In this document: one piece after another, positions 51,651 through 64,000 of the stretch
Position numbering within the stretch: position 1 is the first letter of the stretch
Layout: each line of letters starts with the position of its first letter
Assembly (NCBI GenBank): GCA_003971905.1
Contig: RSEE01000112.1
Span: forward strand, 124,001 to 188,000
DNA length: 64,000 bases
Direction: 5' to 3'
DNA from: Moniliella sp. 'wahieum'
Taxonomy: Eukaryota
Notes under the pieces: model-generated
The model's input: only the letters and a program-made list of their open reading frames with translations
What the model was told of the DNA's origin: nothing
Database searches by the model: none
Position numbers and translations under genes: made by a program

Positions 51651-52129
51651 GCCGAGCCGGTGGTCCGTTTCCATCCCCACTACCCTGATAACCCGATAAG
51701 CCTCTGTCTCTCATTCCCCCCCGACTCGGCCTCTCTTGCCCCCGTCGCCGTCCCGGAGACGAGGCCTGAAAGGATGCAATGTCATAGTGGGGCTGATCAC
51801 GCTCCCATTTCCGATTGTTTCTTCGTTCCAAGCCTGTGTCGCTCTTTCCCTGTTTCTTCCACTTTGTACCACGTCTGCTGCTCTTACTTTTTCCCCAACA
51901 CGAACGATTGCTACATCCCTTGACCTAGGTCTCAACTCTGGTCTCCATCGCCTAAGCCCCGAATGTGACAAGGTCCATTTCCACTCGTGAGGAGGAGTGT
52001 TGTCCGAATGGATTGAGCACCACATTGGTGACATGCGATCAGTGGCACTGCAGTACTAGCAGTCTTCTTATTATTATTTCTTCTTTCTTCTTCTTCTCGC
52101 TGCTGTGAATGGAGGCATAGCTCCTGTGG

Positions 52130-55100
52130 GAATTATATGCAGTGAATGCATGACTTTTTACCACCTCCATCCCCAGTTAGCTGCACAATAACGAGCATAG
52201 CTTTTGGGAGCTTATCATGCAGTGAATATTGCGACTTTAGAATTGTGGACTGCCGACGGGGGGCGAGTGGTAGTAATACCTGCTCACAAAACCAACCTAC
52301 CTGGGGGCGACAATCACTGATGAAATGGCAAACCCGTATCGTCAACGAGATCCAGATATACGGGTAGCACATCGCAATCGTGTCAGCGCATGTATAACTA
52401 TGCCATTCATCGTCGGAGTGCCCTACAGTGTTCACCATGCTATGATTACCACGAACGTAACGTAACCTTCCCACAGTCCCCCCCCGGCGGTGGTACATGT
52501 CCAATGCTCTTCAATCCCGACACACTGCTTTCACAGCGTTCTCATACACCTACGAAGAAAATCCTTTTCAGCGGCTCTCTCCGAGCGCATTTCCGCCTCT
52601 TTGTAGAAATATGCGGCATCATGCCCTTCATCTCCACTACCTCTCGCCCCAAACGGCAACGACGCCCAGCGTGTTGGAGTTACCAATTCAAATTGAAACA
52701 GTGTCGGAGAGATCTGCCCAGCGGTCTGCTACCGGTAAGGAGGGAGATGGTGGACTAAGGAAATGAATTACTGGGGGCAGAAGTCTCGGGAAGATCTACT
52801 CGGAATAAACCGGAGGCGGAATGGGCTGGGCCGCAGGTGGCGTCTCACTCAACAAACAGTCAGCCTACCTCACCTCAATCCTTTCTTTGCTGGTTGAACT
52901 ATCATCGCAGAGCCCATTATTGACCACGCGATTCCGTAGTTATTGCGTTCACTTCCCTAAAACCACGTGCGCACCTCCTGAATATGGTCTGTCTTCGTTC
53001 ACCCTAGAAGCGCTAGCTCACCGGAGTACCTATTGGATCCTTTTGCTTCCTCTGCAACGGTCTCGCGCAGAACAGACATCACACAGGACTGTTCCGGGTT
53101 CCAGTACGAGGCTGGCGTTTATGACCTGCCTATGATCTGTGAGAAACCACTCAGCCTGTAGGCTTGACACCAGACACCCTGAAATTTGACCGGATCTTGT
53201 TGTTGTAACCACATTACCTCCATGCAGGTTGATCACTTGTTCTGCACCGCTCGTCATGATGATCGGGACCAAATATTATTGATAGAATTATCCGCACTAT
53301 GAATGAATGCACGAACGATGAAAACATTTAGGATAGTGCATAAAGTCTCTCACTCCGCCTTCCCCTTTCAGCGTCGAGCTCGCCGGAGATGAAATCGATG
53401 AAGGCAGTAAAACAAGCACGAAGCGGAACCACAACCGGAACACCAAGGTCAAAGTCGTATATTCCTGCTCAAATCCCATGTGGCGTCAAGTTCACCACAA
53501 TTCTACGGCTTTGGCATCTGAAACAATTGTGCATTTTCTTCGCCCGCAATCGACGTGAGACCCCGCTAGCGCGACATGGGTACCAATGTCTATTCTATCA
53601 TGTGGCTGTAATTCATACGTGGGCTCCCCATTGCCCTCATCACCACCCTTTCCACCAATCGCATTTCGGGAGTAACAATTTCGCTTTCTGGATGTTTGAC
53701 TGGATGAACATCAACATTAACACTTATCGTTCGTGTCATTAGGGCAATTGCTTCCCCAAAATGACATAGTGGTTGCCTTCTGGGGGCTACATATAATGCG
53801 GGTGGGTTACGGCCAACCCACACACTGAAACACTATTCGGACGCTAGAGTCGAATTTGAGATCCCTATGTTGTGGGAAGGGTTAAGCAGCTGTCATCCAT
53901 TCCGTAGACATCGTTCGAGTTCTGGCAATATTATGCCAATTCGCTATTTATTGATGGCAGAGGTGCAAACCGCTTCCGTCCGGTTTTTTAGGGGTGCCAC
54001 GAATATACAATACAATATATCCGTCACTGTAGAAATATCGCATTTCAGATTCTAACTACGGTGGAACTGTAATATTTACAATCACTTCCTCATGTGAATG
54101 GAGCAGGGTGTGATTGCCAATGCGTCAATGGTATTGGTCCTTCCTTCTTAACGTAATTTGGGTCGGCCACAACATATATGTAGTTGTGTTTCACCGGGTT
54201 TGCTATGAATATATCGGCAGCATAACGACTGTTGATATTTCGCGTCTGGCCATTGAGTCATGCCTATTTCCTTGATTTTCCGAGTTTGCATACTCGTCAT
54301 TTCGGTTCGCAATTGTTTTGTCCCTGAATACACTTCAGTACTCATTGTCTGGGTTAAAAATGCCACCAGTGACAGCGCAGATATTTCAAGTTATGCCATC
54401 GGGTATCGGCCGCTTTGCTTGTTCGGCACAGACCGGATTGGATTGACTCGAGAGTTGCATATGCGTTACTCGCTGCAGAGATACAACAAAGCCGGATGGC
54501 TGGTGGGTTTAAGACAGAAGATAGACTCAAATGGGGATAGATGAATGGAAAGGAGACACCCGGACTACCAGTTCGGCTTAAGAGGCGAAGGACTATTTTA
54601 GACTATTCAAACGAGAGAGGGATGGCATACTTATTTGCAGAAAACAAGCAGTTCATTCTGGGAATCGTAGCTTGGCAGCATGTGTGTATTTATACCATGA
54701 AGCTAAGAGATGGGAATCTGAAAGCTGCCCGTTACCTAGGATGACATCAACCGTCGGTAGTCATCACTTGCCCTTTTTTTTTTCTCATAATCTCATTTCA
54801 TCAGTTCTGGTCAGAACCTAGCCTCGTGTCCGACCTGCAATTTGGACGTGAATTGCCTTGGGGGAGTCGAACTGCTCAATGGTTTCTCAACTCGTCAACT
54901 AATCCTGATGGAACAGGTTGTGTGACAATGGTATGGACATGAGACCAGAATCCGAGTGTGAGTCTAACGATTTGTGTTTGGAGTCCGTGTAATTGTGCAT
55001 CGCCAACGAGTGTGGATTCGGACCGTAACATGTGTAAAGACAGAGTCTAAGAGGCTTTATTCGCATCACGGACCCACTCCCATCGGGGAGGATCACATCA

Positions 55101-58100
55101 CAATTGATACCCAAGCATTCAATTGGGAACAGGAAACTGAGGGGTGATGGAACGAAAGGTCTGGATCCCTGGGAGCTGGTCCAGGACAGTTTTGGTAAGC
55201 TAGAAATAATTGCAGGAAATGCGTGGATCAAGGACAAATTTTTGCAGGGCGTGGGTTAATGTCTCTCCAAGTGAGAGAATTTTGATAATCACCGAAGTGT
55301 CGTATAGCCACAACAACCATTTTCCGCAATTAAGGAAAGTGATACAATATACAACAGGGTGTGAGTACGGCGGCCGATATCCAAACGGTAAATATTTTTC
55401 AACACGTTTATTTTACCAGCGGGAAGATTCGCCGCCTCACCCTGCATAGATCCCCATTTGTGGAATGCAACCATCAAGGGAAAGAGCATGGGATGACCCA
55501 TGCCCCAAAGTTAGGATCAATAAAGGAACGGCAAATAAAGGCGAGCAGAGAGGAAGAGCAAACAGAGAAGAAGAAGGACCTGTTGCCCAGCCCTGTCCTC
55601 AGCGAGCAATGCAGAGCCAGGGGGAAAGATTCTCCTACTAAACTCCGCGGGGAAGGAGCACAGCCAAAGCTAAAAAATGAAAACAATGGCAGTGTACCTA
55701 ATTACAAACTCACGAGGGAAAGACCTCACAGAGGCACAGAGATGAACCCGGTCATCATTCAGCTCAACAAGTCAAAGCGCAATTCCTTTTTATATAAGAT
55801 TTGTGGGAAAATGATTGAGGGATATTATGGGGGAAAAGACCACCCAGTAGCCTAGCATGTACGCCGGAGCCGCTACCTAGGCCACCTCGAACGGCCAATC
55901 AATATTCCACCGAACGGCTTATTGCGCGGAGCCCGAAGCCAGTAATCCCCAGAAGAGGGAGTGTCGGCCTGGCTACTACCACAGGATGTGAGCGCTGAAC
56001 GTCTTATTCGACTAAGGAGCTTCTGCGACTGACTCGTCCAGAAGACTGGTGCGAGCTCGGAAGCAATGAAAACTGACTCACATGACTCAGTGTTCGCCGG
56101 TCCTACGACGGATGTCAACAGAGAGAGACTGTAAGTGTGCGTGAACAACTAAGCTCCATCACGGACCCGAGTTCGAATCGGAGGATCGAATGTCCTCCTG
56201 GGACGTATAGTATTTGGCCAGGCGTGTAGCATCGGAGAGTCCATCCACAAAATGGCGGCGTCCACGATGCCGTTCGGCGGGACCAGCCTGGCAGGAGCTG
56301 GTTGTGGTTGTCTTCATTGCTTTCTTGACCGTGAACAAAAAGAGGCACCTTGTAGCCTCTGGGAACCGTGATGTCTGACGCTTGATTACTAGCATCTACT
56401 TTTTTGTGGTATCGATGGACCACCCCCAATATCGGTATTACACTGTCCCTTACTCTCTGTTGCCGTGACGCAGCACTGGCATGTCGCCCTGAGGATCCAT
56501 ACTTGATCGGGAGGACCATCTAATACCTTACACCATGGGTACTTACAACCTCGGCTGCCCTGTTGACTTTTTAGTTCGTACTGGACATATGAGGTCGCAC
56601 AATGAGATCTTTAGACCTATACTCGTGGCCACGCCAAGGGCAATCTGATCTGTCGTGCCCGGCAAATCTCATGGCGTGAAGAAAACAGCATAATGGCAGG
56701 CGAACGATGTGGGGTGAACTATCCCGAGGACAGAGCGTGGCCCTCTCTTTTTGCCCGCCGTCGTTCATTTTGACAACGAAGAAAAGCAAGAACTGTGGAA
56801 TAGCCAACTATAACTCTCCTGTCCTTGTTTCAGTGTAACAGCAGAAATGCGACAGATGGCACAGCACGGAGGGACAAAAAGGAATTGACAGACCGTTTCG
56901 TTTAGGCACAGCAACAAGAGGCTAGTGCGCTGCCCCACTATCGTAGCCGCTGGTGCCATAAGGCAAAAATGAACGCCCCCGACTCGGCCGATTCAGTTTT
57001 GGGAGGAGGGACGTACTGGCCTGAGAGTAAGGTTCTAGAGCATCGCTGCTGTGGGGAGATGGCGAGGCAAAACGCGTGGTGCTCAAATAACAGTCTCCGT
57101 CGGACCTAATTCCCCCAAAGGATTACCCCCACAAGCAAACTAAATAGATGAACCAACGAGGATTACCGCACTGCTCCGACTTACCTACCGCTGGCTTTGT
57201 ACAACCCGTGTACGACGTGAGAGCACACGGCGCAGGTGGTCCTCTTCAGTGATCGGACCGGGTTGTTGCCATCGCAGAATATGCGAGGCCGCTGTGGAAA
57301 CAAGTACATTCGGAATCTGTATAGTCGGACCAGGGGGAGAGCGGTATTGGACAAAGTTCACCGTACAGAACAGGCGGAGTGAAGAAGTAGCATGTGTCCT
57401 CTCCCCCATTGCTCCAGGAGGATCAGGAGTGATTCATGGTCCCCGCTGCCCCAGGTCGAGTGGAACGGGAGCGGGGCAGCGTGCAGTGAGTGGGTTGGGC
57501 TGCCGTCACATTGGTCCTATCTGCCAGCGCTTGGGATCCTTCTGAGAGCCAGTGAGCACCGATGGCAACGCACATCGTCCTACAGACACTTAGTACTACC
57601 ACCACTGCCAGGGTGAGGGGGGAGCTCGACGGCGGTGGACAACGGGGGTTTCTTGGAAGTTTTTTTTATTGGCTCCAGAGGGAAACGGTTGCTAGCAAAG
57701 GCTATTACTAGTATATGTATTCAGAGGATGATGCACAGCAGGTCGATCCTGACTCCTCCGCTCTTCTGCAACACCGAATAGGCTAATGATTTTTGACCCT
57801 TGGGGGCGCCTTTTTTTGGTCAACGTTAATTTTTACCCGGCATGCACCATGACCGAGACGCCTGCACGAAACAACGGTGATCTCTGCCTAGTATGTGGTG
57901 AGGGTGAGTGGGGAGGGCCACCAGAGCGTCGGACGAAACCGAGTAATACTATTGCGGACAAGCTACTAGCATATGCTCATGCTAAACGGAAAGACGTGGA
58001 TGGTTCCCATTACTACTTAGTTCCTTTCTTTTGAATCTGGCATATCATTCAGTTGACCGAGCTTAAGGCTGGGACAGGGGGAACGCTACGTCTAAACCGA

Positions 58101-58900
58101 ACCGTTCATCTTGCGCCTTTCTTCATGCCGGCCTGACGAGAATACCCCACCGGTTTGAGGGGGGAGCACGGCACCCGGGTACGCCTCCTGCCTACGCTTG
58201 TGGCCACCTCAAAATGGTGAGGTGCTGCCCGCCTGCGGATCATGACCAAGGGAGCACCACCGATGACAAAGAATACATAGGACGGTATGACGCCGCCTAC
58301 ACCACTGGTTGTGCGTTACGGGGGTATACACACCGTGCGTATGTGCATTGTTCCTTCTTTTTCTCTTCGCGGCACGTTCTGATCACTTCAGCTCGAAGCT
58401 CCTTGCAAGTAGAGATGTACCTTGGGTAGACAAGATCGCCACGTCCAGGCCTCGTCTGCTGTCGCCAGTGTTGCCGCTCACCGTAGGAGGGATGTCCATG
58501 CTGCAGTGGTCCAGATCAATCGCGGACTGCATAGTAGGAAGAAGAAACGAAGGGACCATCCTAATACTTCCTTGCCTGCCAGCATGTCGACGAATGTTGG
58601 AACTCGTTGATATCCCTCGGTATCATTGATTTCGGAAAGCGGTACCCATGGTGTGGGCACACCCGAACCGGGCAGTGAGGAATTGCCAAAGTCAAACAGG
58701 ATCTCACCATGGGGATGTATCATCATGACATGCATCTTTATCCCCGCTCCAGAACGTGGGGGATGAGAGATACGTGCCTGCCTCTCGTTTGGTTGTGCAT
58801 GTGACGGTGACGGTGACGTTGAAGCTTGAAGCCCAGTGCCAGGGACTATATGTGGCATCAAGATGCGCAAGAACACTGGACGGGCGAAGCGGAGAGGCTG
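52130..58900. pseudogene. AT-richer island with heavily decayed fragments resembling RecQ/telomere-linked-helicase (TLH/DUF3505-type) elements
   Basis: Scattered motif-like reads: - strand TGQPR, VVHRYHKK, QA(G)HS, RIVV..AGIYDF..IDF, LCDVC and LVIVQLTGDGGGKKS; + strand PHRGTEM...KRNSFL. No long ORF. Confidence 0.4.
58059..58115 (+). repeat. 57-bp exact dispersed repeat, copy 2
   Basis: Identical to 10533-10589. Confidence 0.97.
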
Positions 58901-59283
58901 AGATGGGCGCACAGATTATATGGATGTACTAGGCGGAGGCGAACACCGCCACACCGTCCCTCGCTCGGCAGGACAGCAGCGAGGGCGGTGGTGGCGGCGT
59001 TGGCGGTGGCGTCGGCGGTGGCAGTGGCGCTGGCGGTGAGGAGCGGCAGGACCAGGCATGACAGCAGTCGACCGGAGCTTCTATGAGAGGAGGACGATGT
59101 GACCGACACCTGTACTAACTATAACTATATAACTAACTTTTATTGTTGCCGCTGCGCCACACCTTCTTATTGCGCCCTGCTGCCATCATCCATCGTTCCT
59201 CATCCCCCCTCCCTCATCCCCCCGGTGGGAGAGGAACCTGCCCCGCTCGCTCGTGCCGCCTCGTCCCAGCGCCCACCACCGGC

Positions 59284-62200
59284 ATGCTCGAGCCAGGCGC
59301 GAGGGAGAGCGAGGTGCGCGCGGCGGCCGAAGCGAGTTTGTTTGACGACGACACGGATCCCGATGCTGAGGCTGAGGCTGCGGCTGGCGCTGACGCGCTG
59401 GAGGATGCGCACGACATCCCGTATCGTGTGCAGCAAGACGAGGTGGTAGTGTCCTGGGGCCCAGACCAGGCGGCGCCTTGTTCGCCCTCTGCGGCTGCTG
59501 TTGCAGCGGCAAAGTGTGCGCCCACCGATGGCCTCTGCGGCACTGGGTGCCTCCCCATGTCCATCATTCCCATTCCCAACCACACCCCCTGCGCACTTGG
59601 CTTGGCCTTCTCCAGCGCCAACATCCCCAACATCCCCACCGCCACCTCCCTCGTCCTGGTCCTGGTCTAGCGCGCGGCTGGGCTGCTTGTCCGACACGCC
59701 GTCGCCCTCTCTGTCTCTATCTCTATCTCCCCCATCGGGCGGGATGGCATGTGGGTCGCCGCCGAGTCTACCGAGTCCGGCGAGTGTGGCAGGCTTAAGT
59801 CCGCTGACCAGTCCACGGAGCGCGGGGCTAGCCTGGGCCGAACACGACGATGGGCAAGCAGGCGCAGACGGCGGTCTGGGTTGTTGTACGCGCGTTGGGA
59901 CCCGGACACGTACACATACACGTACACGTACACGTACACGTACGCGCACACGTACGCTTCGCCAAACGCTTGGTACGCGTGATGCGCGTTCGACCCCCTT
60001 CCTTTCGCCCGACCTTGGTGGCGGCCCAAGACGTGCTGGACGCACCACAACAGACGAGGGGAAGGTCTTCTGTTGGCTTCTTGCCACCCATGGGTGTGGT
60101 CCACTTACCCCATCTACTCCAATCCCTGTTCCTCTTGCTCTTGCTCTTGCTCTTGCTCTTCCTCCTGCTACTCTGCGTCGTACCTCCCGTGCAACCGCTC
60201 CAACCCTTGCGACTACTCCGACTAGGCGTAGTACCACCCCACCGTCGATCCCCACCTCAACCTCAACCGTAACCTCAACGCCCCCTCACCCTTGCCTCGC
60301 GCACCGATGCCAACCGTCCCGCACGTCCCCGCCCCCAACCGCGGTGACGTGCGCGTGTGTGCGGGTGGACCAGCGGGTGAGTCCCCTGCGTCACTGCTCG
60401 GTCCTGCTGTGGATCCTACGGTGGGTGTTGCAGTGGGTGCTGCAGTGGGTGGTACTACTACGGCCACTACATGCGCGAGGCCGAGCGGAGCAGACGAAGC
60501 AGAAGCAGAAGCAGAAGCAGAAGCAGAAGCAGAAGCAGAAGCAGAAGCAGAAGCAGAAGCAGAAGCAGAAGCAGAAGCAGAAGCAGAAGCAGAAGCAGAA
60601 GCAGAAGGGTCACGGAGGTTGGTGTCCGGGTGAGAGGGAGGTGACGCCTGCCTCGGCGCGGGGACGAGCGGTGGCGACGGAAGGCAGGGTGCTGTGGGTG
60701 TGCGTTCCGCAGCCAAACGAAATGAACAGCCGCACGAGGAAGAGGAGACGCAAGCGAAGAAGGAAAAGGCGAAAGAGAAAGACAAAGACACGGTGAAAGA
60801 GGGAGGCCAAGGCATCCGAACGCGTGCGGATGTGGAAACCATTGCGACGAGGACGAGGTACGTACTGTATTTCTTTGCCTTGGCTTGCCTTGTCTGGCCT
60901 TGGCTTGCCTTGTCTTGCCTTGGCTTGCCTTGTCTTGCCCCTCTCTGCATTCGCTTGGTGTGCTTGGTGTGCTTGGTGTGCTTGGTGTACTTGGTGTACT
61001 TGGTGTATTGTTGTACTTGTCGTACTTGGTGTACTTGGTGTACTGTAGAGCTTGTTGAGTTCGCCGTGCTTGCGGTTGCGTTCCGTTTACTTTCTCTCGT
61101 GGCGATGCCCGTCTAGCCTCCTGTCCCAGCGACCGTACCTGCCCCCCTCTGCGTCCACTCGGGGACAGGCGGGGGGGGGGGGGGACACGCGAGGCGTACC
61201 TGTGTGGGTGCTGGTGGACATGCTGTGGCGTATGGACGGAAGGGAGACCCCGACAACCGACCATGCACGCACGCACGCATGCACAAGGGAGATATCCTTT
61301 TGTTGTTTTTGTTTTTGTTTTTGTCTTTTTTCTTTCGTGTTGTTCACCCCAGTTCTTCCCCCCCCCCCCTCCACCCCACACCAGCGTGGCACTCCCTTGC
61401 TCCCTTGCTCCTTTGCTCCCTTGTTCACTGACTCACTGACTCGCACTCCCTCTTTGTTTGTGTATTGCGTATCGCGGTTTGGGCGTTTTGGTGTGGGGTG
61501 GATTTGCCTCGCGTTGGGCATTTGGGCTGCGCTCTCCCTCCTCCCCCCCCCCCCTGGCGCACCGTGGCGTCACAGTAGCGGAAGCAGTAACAGATGGCAC
61601 AAAGCTGATGATGGGACCTGCGACCACGGCGACCCATCCGACGCGAGCGGGGCAGATGCAGCAGTGCGACGGCAACGGCGACAGCGACGATGATGGCGAC
61701 GAGGACCATGACGATGGAAGCACGATCCCACCCGCGCTGCGGCCCTACGTGTGGCGCGTGCTCACTCGTGCTGGTTCTGGTTCTGGTGGTTGTGGTGGTG
61801 CTGGTGGGGCGCGCACCCCATGGCATACAACGCAGGTCCTACCCGACCAACAAGACCAAAACCAAAACCAAGACCGAGACGAAGGACCCTCTCGGGGCAC
61901 GTCGACGAGGGTCGGGCACCACGCAATCGCAATCGCAATCGCAATCGCAATCGCAATCGCAATCGCAATCGCAATCGCAATCGCAATCGCAATCGCAATC
62001 GCAATCGCAATCGCAATCGCAATCGCAATCGCAATCGCAATCGCAATCCGAATCGGAACCAGAATCGGGATCGGAAGACGAAGAGGGAGACGGGGCGTGG
62101 GGGTGGATGGGACGACCGTGCGACAGCGTGCTGGTACCGCTGGGCTTGGCGCGCGGTACGGCGGGGTACGTGCGGTTGAAGCTCGTCCTGAGGCGCGCGG

Positions 62201-63683
62201 CGGTCGTCCTGCGCCATGGGCAAGGCCAGGGCACGGGCACGGGCAAGGTCGAAGGTGCGGGTGTGGTCGTGGGCAAGGTGGTGAGCAAGGGTGTGAACAA
62301 GGGTGCGAGTGTGAGCAAGGCCGTGGGTGTGGGTGTGGATGTGGTGTGGGTAGACGAGCGCCACTGCATGAAGGCACCGAGGGAGTGCACGTACTGGCGG
62401 GGATCTTGGTGTGGAGTGTACCGACCACAAAGGAAGCGAGTGACGTGCTGCTTCGCCTGCTGCTCCACCGTCGTCTGGCTCAACTCTTTTGGCCTGCTCG
62501 ACATGCGGCCCAAGAACCTTGTTCTTCCTCTGCGTGCTGCTCTGCGTGCTGCTCTGCGTGCTGCGCGTGCTGCTCGTGCTGCGACGCATCGAGCGCACCC
62601 TGGCTGGTGCCCACGTACCTGACCCAACTCAACTGTCTCGTCCGCACGCACCTGCCCCATCTGGCTGCGCACCTGGACCAGCTGGGTGAGCTTAGCCCGC
62701 TACGCACGTACTTGGTTTTCTCACCTTGTTCCTCTCTTCTTGCTTGGCTCGTGCCTCCCGACGTCGACGCCTCTGCCTCGGGGTGTGCATCAGCGTCAGC
62801 GTTGACGGATACCGAGTCGGCATGGTCGGGGCCACCGCTAGCGGTCCAAGTGGGCAGGCAAGTAGTGAGTCTACTTATGCACCACGGCAGCGAAGCCCTA
62901 GTCTGGGTGGCACTACTTTTGCTAGCCACCAACGCGGACGCGTTGGAGCGGATGGAGAAACACGCCCTCCTGGAGCGGTTGGAGAATCAGCTGTGGAACG
63001 ATTTCTCCTGCAAGTCTCCCAGCCCCAGCATCAAGCTGCCTGCCCCCGCCCCAGCTAACCCGCCCCCAGCACCGGAACGGGAATGGGAATGGGAATGGGA
63101 ATGGGAATGGGAATGGGAACGGGAACGTGGACGGGAACTGGGATCAGAACGGTCCTCCCCGCCTGTGTGCCGGACGGCGTGCTGGTGCGGGCGGCGAGGG
63201 CGGTGGGGCGGCAGATCGAGTTGGGCCAGAGCCGAGTGCAGCGGGACGGGACTCGAGGCAGCAAGAAGGGGGCGTCTGGGCGCATGGCCATGACGATGGC
63301 GGAGCTGGCGCTGGCGCTGGCGCTGGCGATGGCGGGATGACGATGGCGATGGTGATGACGATGGGACACTGGCCCGACTGAGCACAGCGACGTGGGGCAT
63401 GGCTGGGCGGGTGGTGGACTTGGAGCAAGACGTTGCGGCACTGGAAACGACCCGGGCACAGTTAGCTGCGCACCTGGAGCACGTGACTCGCGCGCACGAC
63501 GATTTGGCCGACGCATTGGTTCATTACAAGACGCTTTATGCCCATGTCGTCCTCCACCACCACCAGCACCAGCTTGGCCCGCCCACCGCCATCCCAACCA
63601 CCTCCACCGTCACTAGCACCAGTTCTACTCCCACTCCCACTGCCTCCCGCTCGTGTCGGGCGCTTCGGGCGTGGCTGGGCTGA
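59284..63683 (+). CDS. TBC/Rab-GAP-like protein (Gyp5/EVI5-like) with C-terminal coiled coil, divergent
   Basis: IPPALRPYVWRVL, GVHVLAGILVW...EASDVLLRLL, YLTQLNCLVRTHLPHLAAHLDQLG, HGSEALVWVALLLL, and coiled coil LEQDVAALETTRAQLAAHLE. Exon structure uncertain. Confidence 0.7.
60496..60606 (+). repeat. (GAAGCA)x18 microsatellite
   Basis: Perfect hexamer array; encodes (EA)n in one frame. Confidence 0.95.
60875..61045 (+). repeat. Intronic compound repeats (CTTGG/CTTGC/CTTGT)n and (CTTGGTGTR)n
   Basis: Direct reading after the GTACGT donor at about 60858. Confidence 0.8.
61923..62048 (+). repeat. (GCAATC)x21 microsatellite
   Basis: Perfect hexamer array inside the TBC gene; reads (SQ)n, (IA)n or (RN)n depending on frame. 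Confidence 0.95.
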
Positions 63684-64000
63684 GCGCAGAGCACAGCGTG
63701 CATAACCCCCAGATCGGATTCCCCCGTGGGAAAAAGAGGGCGATGGCCGATGGCCGATGGGAAAGGGGAGAGCAGGAGCCCAATGTGATACTTACTCCAC
63801 AGTCCATGTTGGGTGTTGAACGTTGGAACGTTGGAACGTGATAGTGATTCAATGGCCAGTCCCCAGACCACATACGACCTCATCGTCCAATGAATGCATC
63901 CTCGCCCCCAGCAGCACAGTAGCACAGTAGCACAGCAGTCGCGGCGGTGGTGGTGGTGATCATCTCCATCTCCATCCCCGTCTTCACCATCTCCATTGCC

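Noticed and set aside
57690..57712. Second Helitron 3' end (CTAG|T at 57708-57711)
   Set aside because: Only a 4-bp AT-rich stem lies upstream; there is no convincing GC-rich hairpin.

Overview
This is GC-rich eukaryotic DNA, most likely from a basidiomycete fungus of the smut-like (Ustilaginomycotina) type. That placement is inferred from compact genes with few short GTACGT...CTRAC...YAG introns and from a fungal gene repertoire. Nearly every gene, including essential ones, carries single-base frameshifts, which points to an unpolished long-read assembly, so gene boundaries are approximate. About 21 protein genes are recognisable or plausible: HAT2/RBBP4, a LigB/DODA dioxygenase, a CBS-PB1 protein, an FSH hydrolase, a GPI-anchored chitin deacetylase, an Ariadne E3 ligase, AAGAB/IRC6, a GH5 glucanase, two C2H2 factors, a HAD-like protein, BUD32, RPL24, eIF3i, THOC3, a PhyH dioxygenase, an SDR, a bZIP-DUF3425 protein, a TBC protein and two small probable mitochondrial proteins. 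There is also an intron-containing tRNA-Thr(AGT). A transposon graveyard at about 48.6-59 kb holds a copia remnant, a gypsy remnant with an internal inversion, and an AT-richer island with decayed RecQ/telomere-linked-helicase-like motifs. The most notable observations are: (1) a non-autonomous Helitron-like element with a double GNA-loop hairpin plus CTAG end, which shares a perfect 57-bp block with the island 47.5 kb away; (2) window-wide intergenic heptamer arrays built from TNA plus a 4-bp palindrome; (3) an apparently intronless SDR closely resembling enterobacterial YohF (a horizontal-transfer candidate), lying next to a PhyH dioxygenase and a bZIP regulator. All family assignments come from motif recognition by eye; no searches were run.
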